64,000 nt of DNA from Enoplolaimus lenunculus (taxonomy: Eukaryota), in the NCBI GenBank assembly GCA_030248215.1, contig JASANG010001329.1, positions 124,001 to 188,000 on the forward strand, written 5' to 3'. This document shows positions 39,363 through 52,659 of the stretch, piece after piece. The notes below the pieces were generated by a model. The model was not told where the DNA came from, did no database searches, and saw only the letters and a list, made by a program, of their open reading frames with translations. The number at the start of each line of letters is the position of its first letter. Position 1 is the stretch's first letter. Both the position numbers and the translations under genes were made by a program.

Positions 39363-42300
39363 GCATCTTTTTTCAATTTTTCATTTTCTATTTTCTAAAT
39401 TGCGTAAAAGACTCCACAGTGATTTCCATAGTTCGTTGTTTTTGAAATTAGCGTATATCGATTGCAACGAGATTATTTTGGTGTATTTTTAGTGCATCGG
39501 TTTTTTTGCGAATATTTACGGTTGATTGCAACGTCAAATGAAGAAGTAAGCGTTTGCGCTTGAAGCTTGAAAAAACTTTACTTGAAAGAAACGCCAATTT
39601 TTAACTTTTTTTACTACTTTATATATTACAAAGCTATAAATAAGTTAATTTTCCATGAAATCTGTGTCGAATTTACAAATCAACGTGGTTAAGTAATTAA
39701 AAAATAAATGCATCTTCCACTATTGAGCGTGAAGCTAGGCGTAATTTTTGTATATAATGTACTTGAAACGTACTAACTGATTCCGATTGGGTGGGGCCGC
39801 GCACCCCTCTCCGCTGCCCTCTCGGTACTCATCTGCCAACTGATTCCAAGACATATATTACAGCCGGACGTTTTTTCTAAGAAATATAGTAACCAAACTT
39901 GTTTCAGTGAATTTCGCCATCTATTTATTAAAATTTATAGTTATCTTCTCAATTTGCTAATCCAGACGACCTGAAATGCGTTAAATAACACCTTTCAAGA
40001 TAATAAAGCACCATTTGCTTTATGAACGCAGCCAAGAATGTTCAATCTTGGCCACCAATCAATATATAAAAGCGAGAAATTTATTATTCATTAATTTGCG
40101 CTTGACTTTTTTAAGTTAGAACTTTAAGAAATGTTCGCCAATTTCGAATTTCCAGCCAAAAAAATTTTACCAACCGTTTTATTCACCAAGCAAATTTATA
40201 AATTACTTTTGAAATTTTTAGCTCTCAAGGCCGTAATAATCACACTGCTCTATGTGCAATTTTTCGCATACAGTTACCTTTTCCCGAATTTGCTATATTA
40301 AACGGATCAAGAATATTTGGTCAAGTAATATATTGTAACCATAGAATTGGTGTAAAAGTTTAGAAACGTTTTTGTCCATGGATGGTGAAGATTTGGGCAG
40401 AAAGGGCACTTGGTGCCCCCACGTGCGATGCGCTGTAGTTGTGGCTCTACAATACTCAAAAATTACAGTAGTCGTGTGCTTTTTCGATAGTTTTTGTACA
40501 ATTTCAAGATTAAATTAACACATTTTGCGGCGTATAGCAAAAATTATTGATTCGCAAACACGTCTACAGTTGGGTGGCAGTAAATTCACCACATCGCACC
40601 GCATTGAAATTTTGTCAACTTTAATTTTTTTCCAAAATGTACAATTTTTTTTCATTGTCCCTGTTACGTAAGCTGCAAACCGCTATCTGCGTTTTGCATT
40701 TTAGCGAGGTCACAAGGCATCATTGACGCTTCTGGCTGGCGTGTTAGAAATGATAGTTTTTTAGCAGTTTGGCAGGAGCTCTCACACGTGTCATATTCAA
40801 TTCGTGAGAGGCAGCGATGTATCTGGAGGATACGGGGACGTATGATACTTATCGTTTCACCAGTCTGCAATGCTGAAAACCGCGATTTAAAGGGTTCATC
40901 TGTAGCTTCTAATGTGTTTTCTAGTCAAATAGTTGAAAAATATTGGCGAACACAGCAAGAGCTTAAAAAGTTTTGCTCTTTCGGCCAGGGGTTGAGATGC
41001 ATAGCAAGCTGCTCTACAACCAACCGCAAAAAATGAACATTAGGTTCTCGCTGAATCTAAAACGGCCCATATTCTCAGTTGCGATTAGCGAATACCACCA
41101 GTTGGCGATTGCATTATATTACTTTCAAACGAGTGAATCAAAACTCGGGTGTTGGTGCTTTGCACAGTATTTGCAACTGTCTCATCGCATCGTGGGTTAA
41201 AATAATTACGTTAAATTTAGTAACAAATCAAAAATAAAGTGTCAATTAAACCGTATTCGAACACTATGCTCATTGTGTTAATTGGAGGCTAAAAGCCAAA
41301 CATTTTGACAGCAGGCTAGCCTAAATTTCGTGATCCATAATACAAAGTTGTGCGGGTGGAGTCGTATCAACTCAATAGAATTTTAAAATTCGGTTATGCG
41401 GGTCGAGTGAAATTTTACTAGTCATTTGGGACAAGAATAATTAATAAATACGCTACATTCGTGACCAAACAACTGTTCGATGTTTTAAATTTTCACTTTT
41501 TAAAGAAAATCATACTGCACCGGTAGAACCAAAGAGAGGGGCCGCTTAGGCCTAGGCCGCCTCGAACAAGTATATAAACCAAAATGATGTTTTAGGAGTT
41601 AGTACTATAATTCCGTGTATTATACTTCGCCTGGCTGTATCCATCAAATTTTTTTGGCTCCATAACTGGTGTTTTTGGTTTGAAGCAAGTATGCGTTGTA
41701 GTACGATTAACTTTAAGCTAAAACAGTTTCTTTTATATACGAGCTCGTTATGAAAATTTGACACTTCAAAAATGTGTTTAAGGTTCCTATGTATCTTTGC
41801 TTAATTTGATTTACTTGGGAATAGGCAGTGATAAATCTAAGTGAGATTGGTCGTTTCTTAAATAGGGAATTAATAAACCAGTTATAACTTATAACTAATG
41901 TTTTTTTTTATTTTTTAAATTATTTTAGTGACTTATTTTTTATTGCATCCGTGTGAGAATCCGAAACTTCGCGTTCAGTCAGATTTGATATTAACACGAA
42001 GCGAAACGGTGTCAACTTTTTCGACACTATCGTTTTCTTAAATAATGAATTTTAATTGAAAATGACAATTTTGTGAATGCAGACAGGCGACGGACGTGTG
42101 AACTTTGGGGACAAATTTTATATCAACATAAGTCTGTAAAGCTTTTTATGGAATAGTTTTTAGGTAATTCGTGCCCAGAAGCGAAATTTCTTCATTAAAA
42201 CATAGACCTATAAATTGCTTTCGAGATTTGCTGAAGGCGCGACGCTTCAAAATAGCACAAACCTTTTGGTTGATTATATTAGAAATATGACAACTGACTG

Positions 42301-45300
42301 CATTTTTGCAAATTTGAATTTTTCGCAATTTTGTACTAAAGTTTGCATGTAACTGTTTCAGTGTCATGTAAGCCGGAGCGTAACGTAAAGATGGAAGTGG
42401 GTCAGGTTAGCAGCCACGCACCGCCCTGCTCTTCGAGGGCTTGTTTCAAACCACACCATGGAGCATTATAGGCAATCTGGAACTACGAACAACACCGTGC
42501 CATCGGCCTCGCGAAATTAGCAGTTGTCTCATGAAATAATTAACAGCATTTCAGCGATTTTTAAGTAGTATTTTAATGCAATTATTTAATCTTCTTGCGA
42601 CTTTTAGTTTTTACCGCAATTTTAGGCTAAACTAGCAAGCGTCAGAGCAGACAAATTCGGTGAGAGGTAAAATTTTTAATAACAATGGAATTTCGCCTTC
42701 TGATTTTTCTTTGTATTGCAAAATATTTCGTGACCTGCCCCTTAGGGCCCTACGTTTCACCAGAGCTTTGGTGTAATAGGATGTCCATTTACTCATTCGT
42801 TAACAGTAAAAATCGGTTTCCGTTTCCTTTATAGAAATTCTAAAACTTGTTTCTTTCCTCGTCCTTCTGAAATTAGAAATCGTTGAAATTTTCAATGCAG
42901 ATATGCTGCCAATATTTGTTTGATTTGAGATAAAAATAAATTCATCCACAGTCTTAAAAATATTGAGTGCATTTGCTATTTTTCCGTAAAACTCAGCTTG
43001 GATATCATTTGCGCATACATGCATTGCATTGGCAGCAAAATCAATTATCTGTTAAAGTTTTATGCTAAAAAAATTTATTTTGTTTGCGGTTTCGTCGTTT
43101 TGACCACTATTCGTTTTCCTTATTGTTACTGCCCGTTTGAACCCTAATTTCAAAACAACGTATGCCAATGCCTTTGCAATCTTTAAAAATTTTCTGAAAA
43201 TAATTATCTGTCTGAAACTAATTTTAATCTTAAATCCCTTTTATAAAATATTTTGATTTCAGAAACGAGATTAACTTATTTGACCTTTACCATCCGATAT
43301 TAAAACATCGGTAAAGTCATTTTACGTTTTTTTTCTCAAATACTTATTGAAAATTTGTAGTTCTTTAAGTAATTGCACGTCATTGTTATCGTGTTATCCA
43401 TGAACAATTCGCCTTGAATTCATATTTTTTGGACGTTTACAAATTTTATTTGTATTAAATTGCTAAAAATTCACCGTGCCGAACCTGAGAAGTGTTTGAT
43501 GTGATCAAGTTAGAGATACGTAAAATCAGGAAACCGCCAAATTACTTAAAAGCAACAACAATCTTCTTCCTTTTAAATCAAATTAAGACCAAAAATTTTC
43601 GGTGAAGATTTGGTACCTAAATTGCGTTCGATTTTCGCTCGTTTCGTTTGCGAGTTTTCTTTCAGTATTACACATCCTGTGCCCACCTGTGTAAACTGGT
43701 TTCACCATTACCGTTAGCTGTATTTCGCAAAAGTACTCACAATAGTGATCTTAGGTTCAAGTGAAACTTTTAAGCAACAAATGGCAGACTCGCCGTGGTT
43801 GCCTTCGTCTTATGCTTTAGCCAATTTTGACCACGACGACTTTGATGGTTTCGTTGCCAGCTCAGCACAGCTTAATGCAACATATTCCAACTTAATGCAA
43901 ACATGCTTCTAGCCTGAAAAGTTTAAGTCAACGCCTAAATGTTGTTTACCTATTGTCTGATTGCATTAATTTAACCCATTGAAATTAAGTTGGGACGCGG
44001 TGCAGCCTCAAGTTCAGTTTCAGGTTTGCTCTGGTTAAGTGCTTGGCTATTTCTTAACCAGAGTTAAGTGTTTCGATTTCCTTGCTAGCTTTCGTTATGA
44101 ACTGTGGATTGATTGACCCAAATAGGTAAATTGTAAGTCTTGCTTACTGGATGCTTTTGAGCTTTGAAGTAACTGGCCGATGCATAGGGAGGAAAGCTAA
44201 GTCATGGCGTTTGTAACAGGGCTCAAAAGCAAAGTTTCCTATTTGTCTACATTTGGTTCCAACCTTGCGTTTAGAGCAAAAAATCTAATGGCAGCATTGT
44301 ATTTTGATTCGTACTTCAGCACTTTTTCGCAAACGCAAGAAGTGTAAAAATTATTTTGAGATAGCATAACCGCACACATTATTAAAACTACTGTTTAACA
44401 AGCGAACGATTCTTGGTAGTTCAACGCTTCTTGTAACATTATGAAATGCATTAATGCTGCCCCAAATTTTTCAATGCTATTTTAATTATATTTGCTGCGC
44501 TCGTTCGTCATCGTTTCTTTAGTCTCACCGGTATGGTACGTGCTATTTGTCAACAAACTGTTTAATAAGCTTTTAAAGTTATTCGGCAAAGTAGCAGCAA
44601 CCCCACTGGAGCATCGGGGGGCAGTGTCTCCAAAATTTGCCTGGTGCTGCCCAAATAGACTTGGTCGAAAACTAAACAATCTTGAATTGCAATGGCAGGG
44701 ACCTTCCAAAATTATTCGGTGCGCAAAAAATATAGTTTTCACCGGACGTCCGTGTCACGAAGCTAGGTATATATTTGACTGGGGAGTTGATTTTCAGGAG
44801 AGTTAATATTATACGCCACGGACGTGTATCCGGGTAAGGATCTTTCGATCTGCCGCTTATCCACGCAGATAAAATGATGTAATCCGCAAGTACAGCATGC
44901 TAAAAGCTTCTAACCACAGCCCACATTTTATCAATGCCGCATTTCCTACCAACGTACACGGTACATGCAAACACTTACATTGCATGTACGACAAAAAAAT
45001 GTGTAAAAGTCAATCAGTTTTATGGCAGTTGGCATGAATACAAATGTGGGTTTCAATTTTTAAATGTCAAATCCAACCCCAAGCAATCAAAACAGCAGAT
45101 TAGTATTACACAAAATAGCGTATGTTTAGTTAGTTCATTTTTAAAATTTATCACGTGTAAAAATGACTGGTAATTATTACCCACGCAATATAAACCGTTA
45201 CCATCGATTTGACCCACGCCTAAAAATCTTTACTCGATACGCGTTTATCCACCATGCTTGATTATCAGTAGCTGTCTCACATCTATGATTCGTGATTACT

Positions 45301-45382
45301 TCAGTTATAAAACTTTTCACCAAGTACCGGGATTCAAGAATGTGGCTTTTAACGGCGAACGTGCGCAAGATTTGGCAGTAGG

Positions 45383-45710
45383 CACTGGTGCATTCAGAAG
45401 GGGGACGGGGGGCGTACGCCCACGTCAGAAATTCATTCTGTAAAAAATATAAGTTTTACTCTCAAAACTTTTTTGTGACAAAACGTTACAATTTTTCCGC
45501 TCAGAAAATATTTTGGTGATACAGTGATAAGTTACTTTACAATTTTTCCCGTTAGAAACTTTTTGTTGATAAAATGATGAGGTCTCTAGTACACAATTTT
45601 TTCTAAGAAAATTTTTGGTGATAAAATGATAATGTACCTACCTCACAATTTTTGCGTTTTATAACATTTGCCAGTTCGCCCCGTGTCAGAAATTGCTGAA
45701 TCCGCCTCGG
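45383..45710 (+). mobile_element. hAT-like MITE, family D (328 bp)
   Basis: CACTGGTGCATTCAG...GGGGCGTACGCC...GTCAGAAATTGCTGAATCCGCCTCGG. Degenerate TSD GCAGTAGG/CCAGTTGG. Internal tandem subrepeats. Confidence 0.75.
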
Positions 45711-47136
45711 CCAGTTGGTGTCCGATCGGCTTCTCAGTTTTATTCAGTACTATCGATGTTAGCTTAGAAGTCAACCGCCCCTCATTCCAGTTATATTATG
45801 CATATAAATATTTATGACTAAAAATTTTGATGTTAAAGTGTATTAATTGCTTGCATTAACTAATTATCAAATGTTGATCTTACGTAACATTATTGCATTT
45901 CTTGTTTCTCAATTAATCATGCAGCTTAATAACGACGGCTCGCGTGCTAATGCGTCTAAGCACGGGATTAGCACGTGACCACCAGGCCAACATGATATTC
46001 AGTTGCACAATATATTTAGTACAGGTTAAAATTTAAATATTTTTGAGTTTAAATTGAGGCTAGTCTTTAATATAATTGTTGAGATGACATTGATTGCAGT
46101 GTATGCTTTGAAATGAACTTTAGATCAGAAATATTTTGCATATAAAGGTAGGAAAGGAACATATTCGATTAGGCACGAGACCCACGGCCCAGTTCTCGTT
46201 GAGTCGGTCAACTTACTCATATTACAGCGTGAGATACTAGTGGTATCAGGGACATTGGATTCTTCTGGGTTCTTGGGCCACTTATATATTAGCAATCTGA
46301 GCATTTTACAATAAGTGATAAGTGTAAGCTTTTATAATGTCTTAAATAGTAGCAACCTTACTAATTTGTTACCAAGTGCTTAGACACTATTTGACAATGT
46401 TGCTTATAGCGATATTTTAGCTTCAACTTTGCCGTTTATTTCTTAATTTCAGGCACGAATATTCATTTCGTCGTTCATTAAAGCATTTTAGACCGTTATT
46501 CAACAGTGAACTATTTTAGAATAAGCTGAAAACCACTCGTTGCTATTAGCAACACGGGTGCATCCAAACGGAGGGATGGAGTTTATAGAGACAAGAAAAA
46601 AGCGTTTTTATAAAATTTGGATTAAGTTTTTGGATTATGGAGGTCAAAAATTTGTCTTTACTAAAATAATATTCTGACAGAATGAAATCTGGCAACGCCT
46701 TTGCTAAGCAACGAATGCCATGATGTGCTGTACGTCAAATAGTAAATAGTTCGATAACGGATATATAATCGTTTCATCTCTGGAGATTACTTGTGAAGTA
46801 ATACAAAATATGCTATAAGTAGTGGCGGATTGATTCAATTCTGATGGGTCACTCACGTAATATGCATAGAATACGGGAACGGTTGTCAGCAGCAAAAAGC
46901 CAAACATAACTTTTTCAGTGCTAAATCGTAATACAAAATTTTGGTTTTGATCCGTGCAGTGAGTCTATAGTTCGGAGTCAACAGAATCTATAACTTGCTG
47001 CAGATTGCGTTGTTTCTATGAAAAATGAAACTCAAATTTACCAAATTTATAACGCCATATTCACACCTTTACGCTAGAAACACACAGAGTACATAAATCG
47101 CATGTCCCCGGTCGTTGATGAGTAAGCAGTTTCTTA

Positions 47137-47272
47137 CTCATTTCAATAACGTTTTCATTTTTATACTGTAGTTTTTTTGAAATTTTAGAAATTAAAATTG
47201 AAATTTTTCAAATTTTAGTGTTGAGTAATCTAAAAATTTGCTATAAAGTGAAAACGTTTTCATTGAAATGAG
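47137..47272. mobile_element. TA-flanked fold-back MITE (Tc1/mariner-like)
   Basis: TA|CTCATTTCAATAACGTTTTCATTTTATA...TATAAAGTGAAAACGTTTTCATTGAAATGAG|TA. Single copy in the window. Confidence 0.55.
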
Positions 47273-47736
47273 TATAGCTGTACAAAATGTAACTTTTAAG
47301 TAATAGGCTATATTTTGCGGTTATATTACTTGTTTATCAAACAATTTCGCTATATCTGAGAAACTGATCATTCCCTTTCGCTTGTGACACGTATAGATTA
47401 GATCGCTGTGCTCCTATAGACTTAATTGTGCTGACTCTACATCTGTGCCCAATTCTAAGCATAAATCTTAGGCTTATTTCAACTGTTTGATCAAGGCGTT
47501 TCGGAAACTGACGGGGCCATTGCATAACTCTTGGTTTACTCTATGAGCAGAAGCGAGCTTAAGTTGGTCAATATCAAATTGTCATTGTAAACGAAACGTT
47601 TTTAATTCCGTTCGTATTCTCAGAAATACATGCTCTTGAATAACATTAGCGAAACGTGAGTTTAATAAGTACCCATCTGGAGGTCTGGTCACCACTTCAA
47701 ACTTTGCACCTTTCTTTGTACTTCTCCGCTACCTAA

Positions 47737-48033
47737 CTTCCGAGCAGCTGGTGAACCAGCAAATTTTGCTGTGCAGAGCACAAAATGTGATTAACCTACT
47801 TCATGATTTGTAAAAAATAATTGTTGAAGGAAAACACAAAGAAAGTTGTGAATTTCGAATTAGTGACAAAAACAAAAATGTTCTGCTTCGAAAGCACATT
47901 TTTCTTTTTATCGCTAATTCAAGATTGACAACTTTCCTTGCGGCTTTTCGTTGTTGCTCAGCTTCCAAGCATCTCTTACAACCAAAATTTTGCTGTCCAC
48001 GGCCAAAATGTGATTAAATTACTAGTACATGAT
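47737..48033. repeat. ~70-bp direct repeats flanking a ~125-bp imperfect palindrome
   Basis: 47737-47807 resembles 47962-48033 (AAATTTTGCTGT...CAAAATGTGATTAA). Between them, GAAAGTTGTGAATTTCGAATTAGTGACAAAA pairs with TTTTATCGCTAATTCAAGATTGACAACTTTC. Confidence 0.7.
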
Positions 48034-48861
48034 CGTTGCTATATTGAAGGTACGGCATGCCACGAAAACCAGTCGGCGTAAACAATTGTAGCGTGAAATG
48101 TAATTATTCGACTTTCATTTTCAGAGTCTAAAGCAACTTTTGCCTTTGAACACTAATAAAAGAAGTGTTTTCACCACTTCCGTGCTTACCAGCGCCGACA
48201 CTGGTATTACCGGGTAACAAAACGAACCAGAAACGTCTACACAAGTAATTTGGCCAACTTGGTAACATAGTGACAAATCAATAATTGGTTTGCGTTTTCG
48301 CTAAATTTTCAAACCTTATTTACGCGTTTTTTTCATTGGAAAATTGTATATAATTTTTTTGCTTTTTAGTGTTTTTATTGTTAATTGCTATAGTTTTGTG
48401 AAATGTGCAGTGATAATTACATTAGGAAAGATTATGGAAAATGTAGTAAAGTGTGTAAGTTGCGCAAAATCGGTCTTCCATCAGAACTGAGCCGAAAGTG
48501 TGCCCACATCAGTGGCGGACCTCGACCCTGGATGTGTCAGCGGTAACGGGGACCCTTTTTCGAATGATGGAACCATAACGGATCAGAGGCGCCATTTAAT
48601 AAAAGACAAATGATTTTTGTAGTTGAATTTTGGGGGCACTAATATTGTTTATTAAAAATGAATTTTGATATCCCAGTTGTTAATTCAATATTGAACATTT
48701 GTTTCAGTTAGTCTGCTTAATTTGTAGAAAAATAAAAACAAAAATTGCAAGAGTAGGTTTTTTGCTAAATTGGCCGAAAGCGCAATATTTCTAAACTGAC
48801 GTTATGGATTGGTTTTGCTGGAGCCTGCTATAGAGAATAGTGTAACATAGCAGCGGCACTC

Positions 48862-49159
48862 GGCTCATGTATAGAACAGGGTCGGAATGCTTTCCTGTGG
48901 AACTGTAATATAGTAAACCTCACGCTTTAGAGCATTTTTTGCTTAGGCTCAGGCTTATAGGCTTAGGCTTAGGCTTAGACTTAGTCTTGGCTTAGGTATG
49001 AGCTCATCCTTACGCTTAAGCTTAGGCTTATACTTAGGCTTACGCTTAGGCTTGGCTTTAGGTGTGAGCTCATCCTACGCTTAGGCTTTAGGCTTACGCT
49101 TAGGCTTAGGCTAGGAATATGTCTATACTACTGTTCCAGCCCTGTTCTATACATGGGCC
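48862..49159 (+). mobile_element. TTAGGC-bearing Merlin-like MITE, family B (expanded array)
   Basis: TIRs GGCTCATGTATAGAACAGGGTCGGAA / TTCCAGCCCTGTTCTATACATGGGCC. Perfect TSD CGGCACTC. About 170 bp of TTAGGC-type array. Confidence 0.92.
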
Positions 49160-49586
49160 CGGCACTCTATCAGAATAAAAAAAATTCTTCACCTACTCGG
49201 AAATAGAGCTCAAACACCCGTTCTCGTACTTTACAGTTCGGATCCAGGATATGGCTGTTGAATAATTTATTCAAACCAGCTCGCTAATTTTGTATTTTGC
49301 TGCTAAGAGATATTTTATTTTTCAGCTCAACTAACGTTTTAGCGTAAACCGACTCAACCAGCGGTGTTATTGGGCTTTAACCTCATTTTTATATGCATTA
49401 AATGTGCAATAGGGTAATTAAGCAATAAAAAGATAGATTGAACGGTGATATCTAAAAGTGATGCTTAAATTGTGCTTTTTACGAGGTAATACAGTTGTTA
49501 GTTTAAGAAGCTACTTACCGTTTGGCAACATATAATGCGTTTTAAGACGTGCGTTTGGAATTAAAAAGAAAGCTCTTGCAAAACAT

Positions 49587-49764
49587 GGACCATTTTACTT
49601 TTAGGGCCGTCTCGGTTTCTGGTGGGTCTGTAAACGAGTAGGTTAGATTCGAGGCTACATTTTGCTTAGGCTTAGGCTTAGAAATACAATTTTTCAACGG
49701 TTAGGCGTAGGCTTAGGAGAATGCTTAACCTGCTGTTACTGCCCTAATAGTATTAGCATTAACC
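49587..49764 (+). mobile_element. TTAGGC-bearing Merlin-like MITE, family A (GGCCGT variant)
   Basis: GGACCATTTTACTTTTAGGGCCGT...GCCCTAATAGTATTAGCATTAACC. Perfect TSD CAAAACAT. Confidence 0.88.
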
Positions 49765-50289
49765 CAAAACATTGCGCCATAGTCGTGAGCGTAGCCGGAA
49801 TGGCAAATGATAAACGGCTCGCAAACCTTTTGGTAAAAATATTTCATTTATGTTTGCTGGGATTAATTTGGAAAAAAATTAGGTCCATGATTTGGAACCC
49901 TTTTCGCAATAAAGTCTTGGTTATTGAACGAATACGAAAGCAAATTGGAAGCGGCGTTCGTAGAAAATTATGTTTGAGGAGCACGTAATATTTTGTCGCA
50001 CCCTACAATTGCAATTCAAGATTGTTTACTTTTAAACTGACTCTGGGGGCATTCACCAAATTGGTCGTAGTGCCCCTTGCGGGGACGTCCTTGCTATTTG
50101 AATGGGTAAAATGCTATATGCTAAAAATTATATTTTCTTAATCGTGTTTTACATTTGTGAAATTTCACATGTCGTTGTTTGTATTCCAGCTTTAAAATTA
50201 GTATAACAGTTAATCCGGGATTTCCTTAAGTGTTATTGTCATCAATTATAATACTCAACTAAAGCGTATTTCTGACCTCCTACATATAG

Positions 50290-50515
50290 GGCCCCCCATT
50301 TTCTCAAATGCATATAACACCTATCACCAGTTAGTAATAGGTTTTCAAACTATCGAACTGCTGCAATTGCAGATATTACAAAATTGTACAGTAGCAGAGA
50401 AAATCGAAAGCAATAAATGTGCTGTATTTGAAACCTCGAAATTTTCTGGTTCGAAGCTTTACAAGGCCTATCAACAACTGGAAATAGGTTCTACACACAT
50501 TTGAGAATACGGGCT
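50290..50515. mobile_element. PIF/Harbinger-like MITE, family G
   Basis: TIRs GGCCCCCCATTTTCTCAAATGCATATA / TACACACATTTGAGAATACGGGCT. 3-bp flanks TAG/CAG. Confidence 0.65.
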
Positions 50516-51352
50516 CAGATTATAAGAAAATTTACGTATAGATTGGCGCTAGGGTAAGGCGTAGGGAGAGTTTTTTTAGAAAATAACTCAAAAGTTACAG
50601 GTAAGTCCCAGAGCCACCCTCTCTATGCTGTTTTGAACGATAAAAAGTTTGCCGCCGTCGGCCCAATACATTAGTATAGGGCAAACAATTTTAGAACAGT
50701 CATACTGAAATTTTGCACTCTTTTGGGGTTAAGCGTGGGCAAATTTGGAAGCACTGCCCTCCAAAAAATCGGACAGCCGTATCATGGACGTGGCTATTGA
50801 TTTAGAAATGGGTTCTACAAAAATTTCGAAACGGTTCTCGTGTTGCAAACGGAAAAACTGTGAAAAAATAGCTTTCGCAAAAAATCGCAAAGAATATTGA
50901 CCCCTAATTTTCTACGGTCCGCCCCTGTCGTCAACCAATTCCTTGCAGCAAATGTGTATATTTCTAAGAACTATAATGGTACTCGGTATGCTTGCTGCGA
51001 AAGCCCTTTGTTCATGATTCTTTGCGTCAAGGCGTTAGGTATTTGAACAAAATTTTAAGCCTTTATTTAAGCCAAATAACAAATATATATGAATGATGAA
51101 AATGAACTAAACTTAAATTTTAAGAGCGTATGTGTAACTGCAGTTCAAGTGGAGATTTTTTGCGCTTTATAACGTTTACGGCGTGCAGTTGTTTTGTTTA
51201 ACTGTACTACAAGCACTGTGGGCCGCCTGGTTTTTCTATACGCTTTCACTGCACTAATAGTTGAAAGTTGTGTTTTACCTAGCGTTGTTGGCTTGAAATG
51301 CTAAATTAATGCTAAAGGGTTTATGTGCGCTCAGACACACGTTACCAACAGT

Positions 51353-51523
51353 GGTCCATGTAATAAAGATCAGGGGAGGAAAGTTTTTCTGTGGAACTAC
51401 AATAGAGTCAAATTAAGCATCACACACTATTTTTTTGCTTAGGCTTCGACTTAAGTGTGAGTTCATTCTTACACTTAAGAATAAGCCTATACGACTGTTG
51501 CGGCCCTGGTTTATACATTGACC
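51353..51523 (+). mobile_element. TTAGGC-bearing Merlin-like MITE, family B
   Basis: GGTCCATGTAATAAAGATCAGGG...GGCCCTGGTTTATACATTGACC. Degenerate TSD CCAACAGT/CGAACTGT. Confidence 0.82.
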
Positions 51524-52105
51524 CGAACTGTCATAGGGTATATGGTTTCGGTTCGGGTTTTTAACGCCAATTAGGTTTTGATTCAAGCTTAGCTTCAAGT
51601 TCTAAGTTTTTGTTCAAACCTGTTGTACACATAGATTGTAGTTTATAACGGCTAGGAACCTTGACGGTCGAAAATTGTTTTCAGCCGCTCGGTCCAATAG
51701 CCTTCTTCCCGATTTTCTAAACACCCCACCTGATGGCTAAGTGTATCGGTGCGCCCCTCGTTTATGTTATCATATTACAGCCCATGAAGTAAATATGACT
51801 TTGGATAGCATTAGCTTGTGTTCTGAAGTTTACGCGAGAATATTCAGACAATGATTGAACCAGAATTGTCTCAATTGAGGAAATGTTTTTCCAAGTCGAA
51901 ATTTTAGAATTAACGGATATTTATAGTAGTTTCAGCTCCCTGCACTATGAATGGTTTCGCTAAGCCAAAATTTACCTTATTCCTTGAATGTATCCTACTC
52001 GGTATGTACTTTTTACATGAGTTAGTTTTCCTGTTATTTTGATAAATGTGCAAAACACTGTCAATTTTTTATCACTGAAATGATTTAGATATTATTAGAG
52101 CCCGG

Positions 52106-52326
52106 GGCCCCTATTCCCAAATGTTCGTAGCACTTATCATCAGATGGTGATAGGACCTGTAGCTTTGAAACCAGCGCATGGTGAGGTTCAAAATTCAGCT
52201 CATTCTTCGCATTTGATTTGTCCTACTTCTCTACCAATTTTGAGGTCTGCAATTGCGGATGTTCGTCATTTTGAAAACCTATCGCTAACGGATACTAGGT
52301 GCTATACGCATTTGAGAATACGGGCC
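52106..52326. mobile_element. PIF/Harbinger-like MITE, family G
   Basis: TIRs GGCCCCTATTCCCAAATGTTCGTAGCAC / GTGCTATACGCATTTGAGAATACGGGCC. Flanks CGG/CAG. Confidence 0.7.
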
Positions 52327-52515
52327 CAGGAATGTACAAATCGTCAATCGAAATTTGTCGTCTGACTGCTGCCACAACCTAAAGTCTAATCCTACCCCTA
52401 AGCATAAAATCTGAAACCCAATGGAGGCGCAATAAATTGATGTGTTTATAAGGATATCGGGTCACGAAATGTCCGTCGACGAACGGACCGGGCATCGAAA
52501 TATCGTCATACCTGT

Positions 52516-52659
52516 AAGCATGTGTGGCGCAGTGGTAGAGTGCTCGCTTAAGGATCCATAGGCTGAGAGTTCGATCCCCACTCAAGCCCGCTTTTCCAGC
52601 TGCTTAGTAGAAAGCTCTGAAGTCCCGGTTCCTACCTTGACTGACAATACCCATAACAG
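52516..52659 (+). mobile_element. tRNA-derived SINE-like element
   Basis: Consensus Pol III A-box TGGCGCAGTGG (52525) and B-box GTTCGATCC (52569) at tRNA spacing. No proper acceptor stem. Bracketed by direct repeat ATACCTGT (52508-15, 52660-67). Confidence 0.7.

Noticed and set aside
39207..39492. YI/YM-rich ORFs
   Set aside because: Translation of the TA microsatellite.
46857..46920. Minus-strand exon candidate TEKVMFGFLLLTTVPVFYAYY
   Set aside because: Weak acceptor, no partner exons found, and hydrophobic translation is expected from T-rich DNA.
52518..52590. Functional tRNA gene
   Set aside because: A and B boxes are present but acceptor and anticodon stems do not pair, so it is treated as a SINE-like head.
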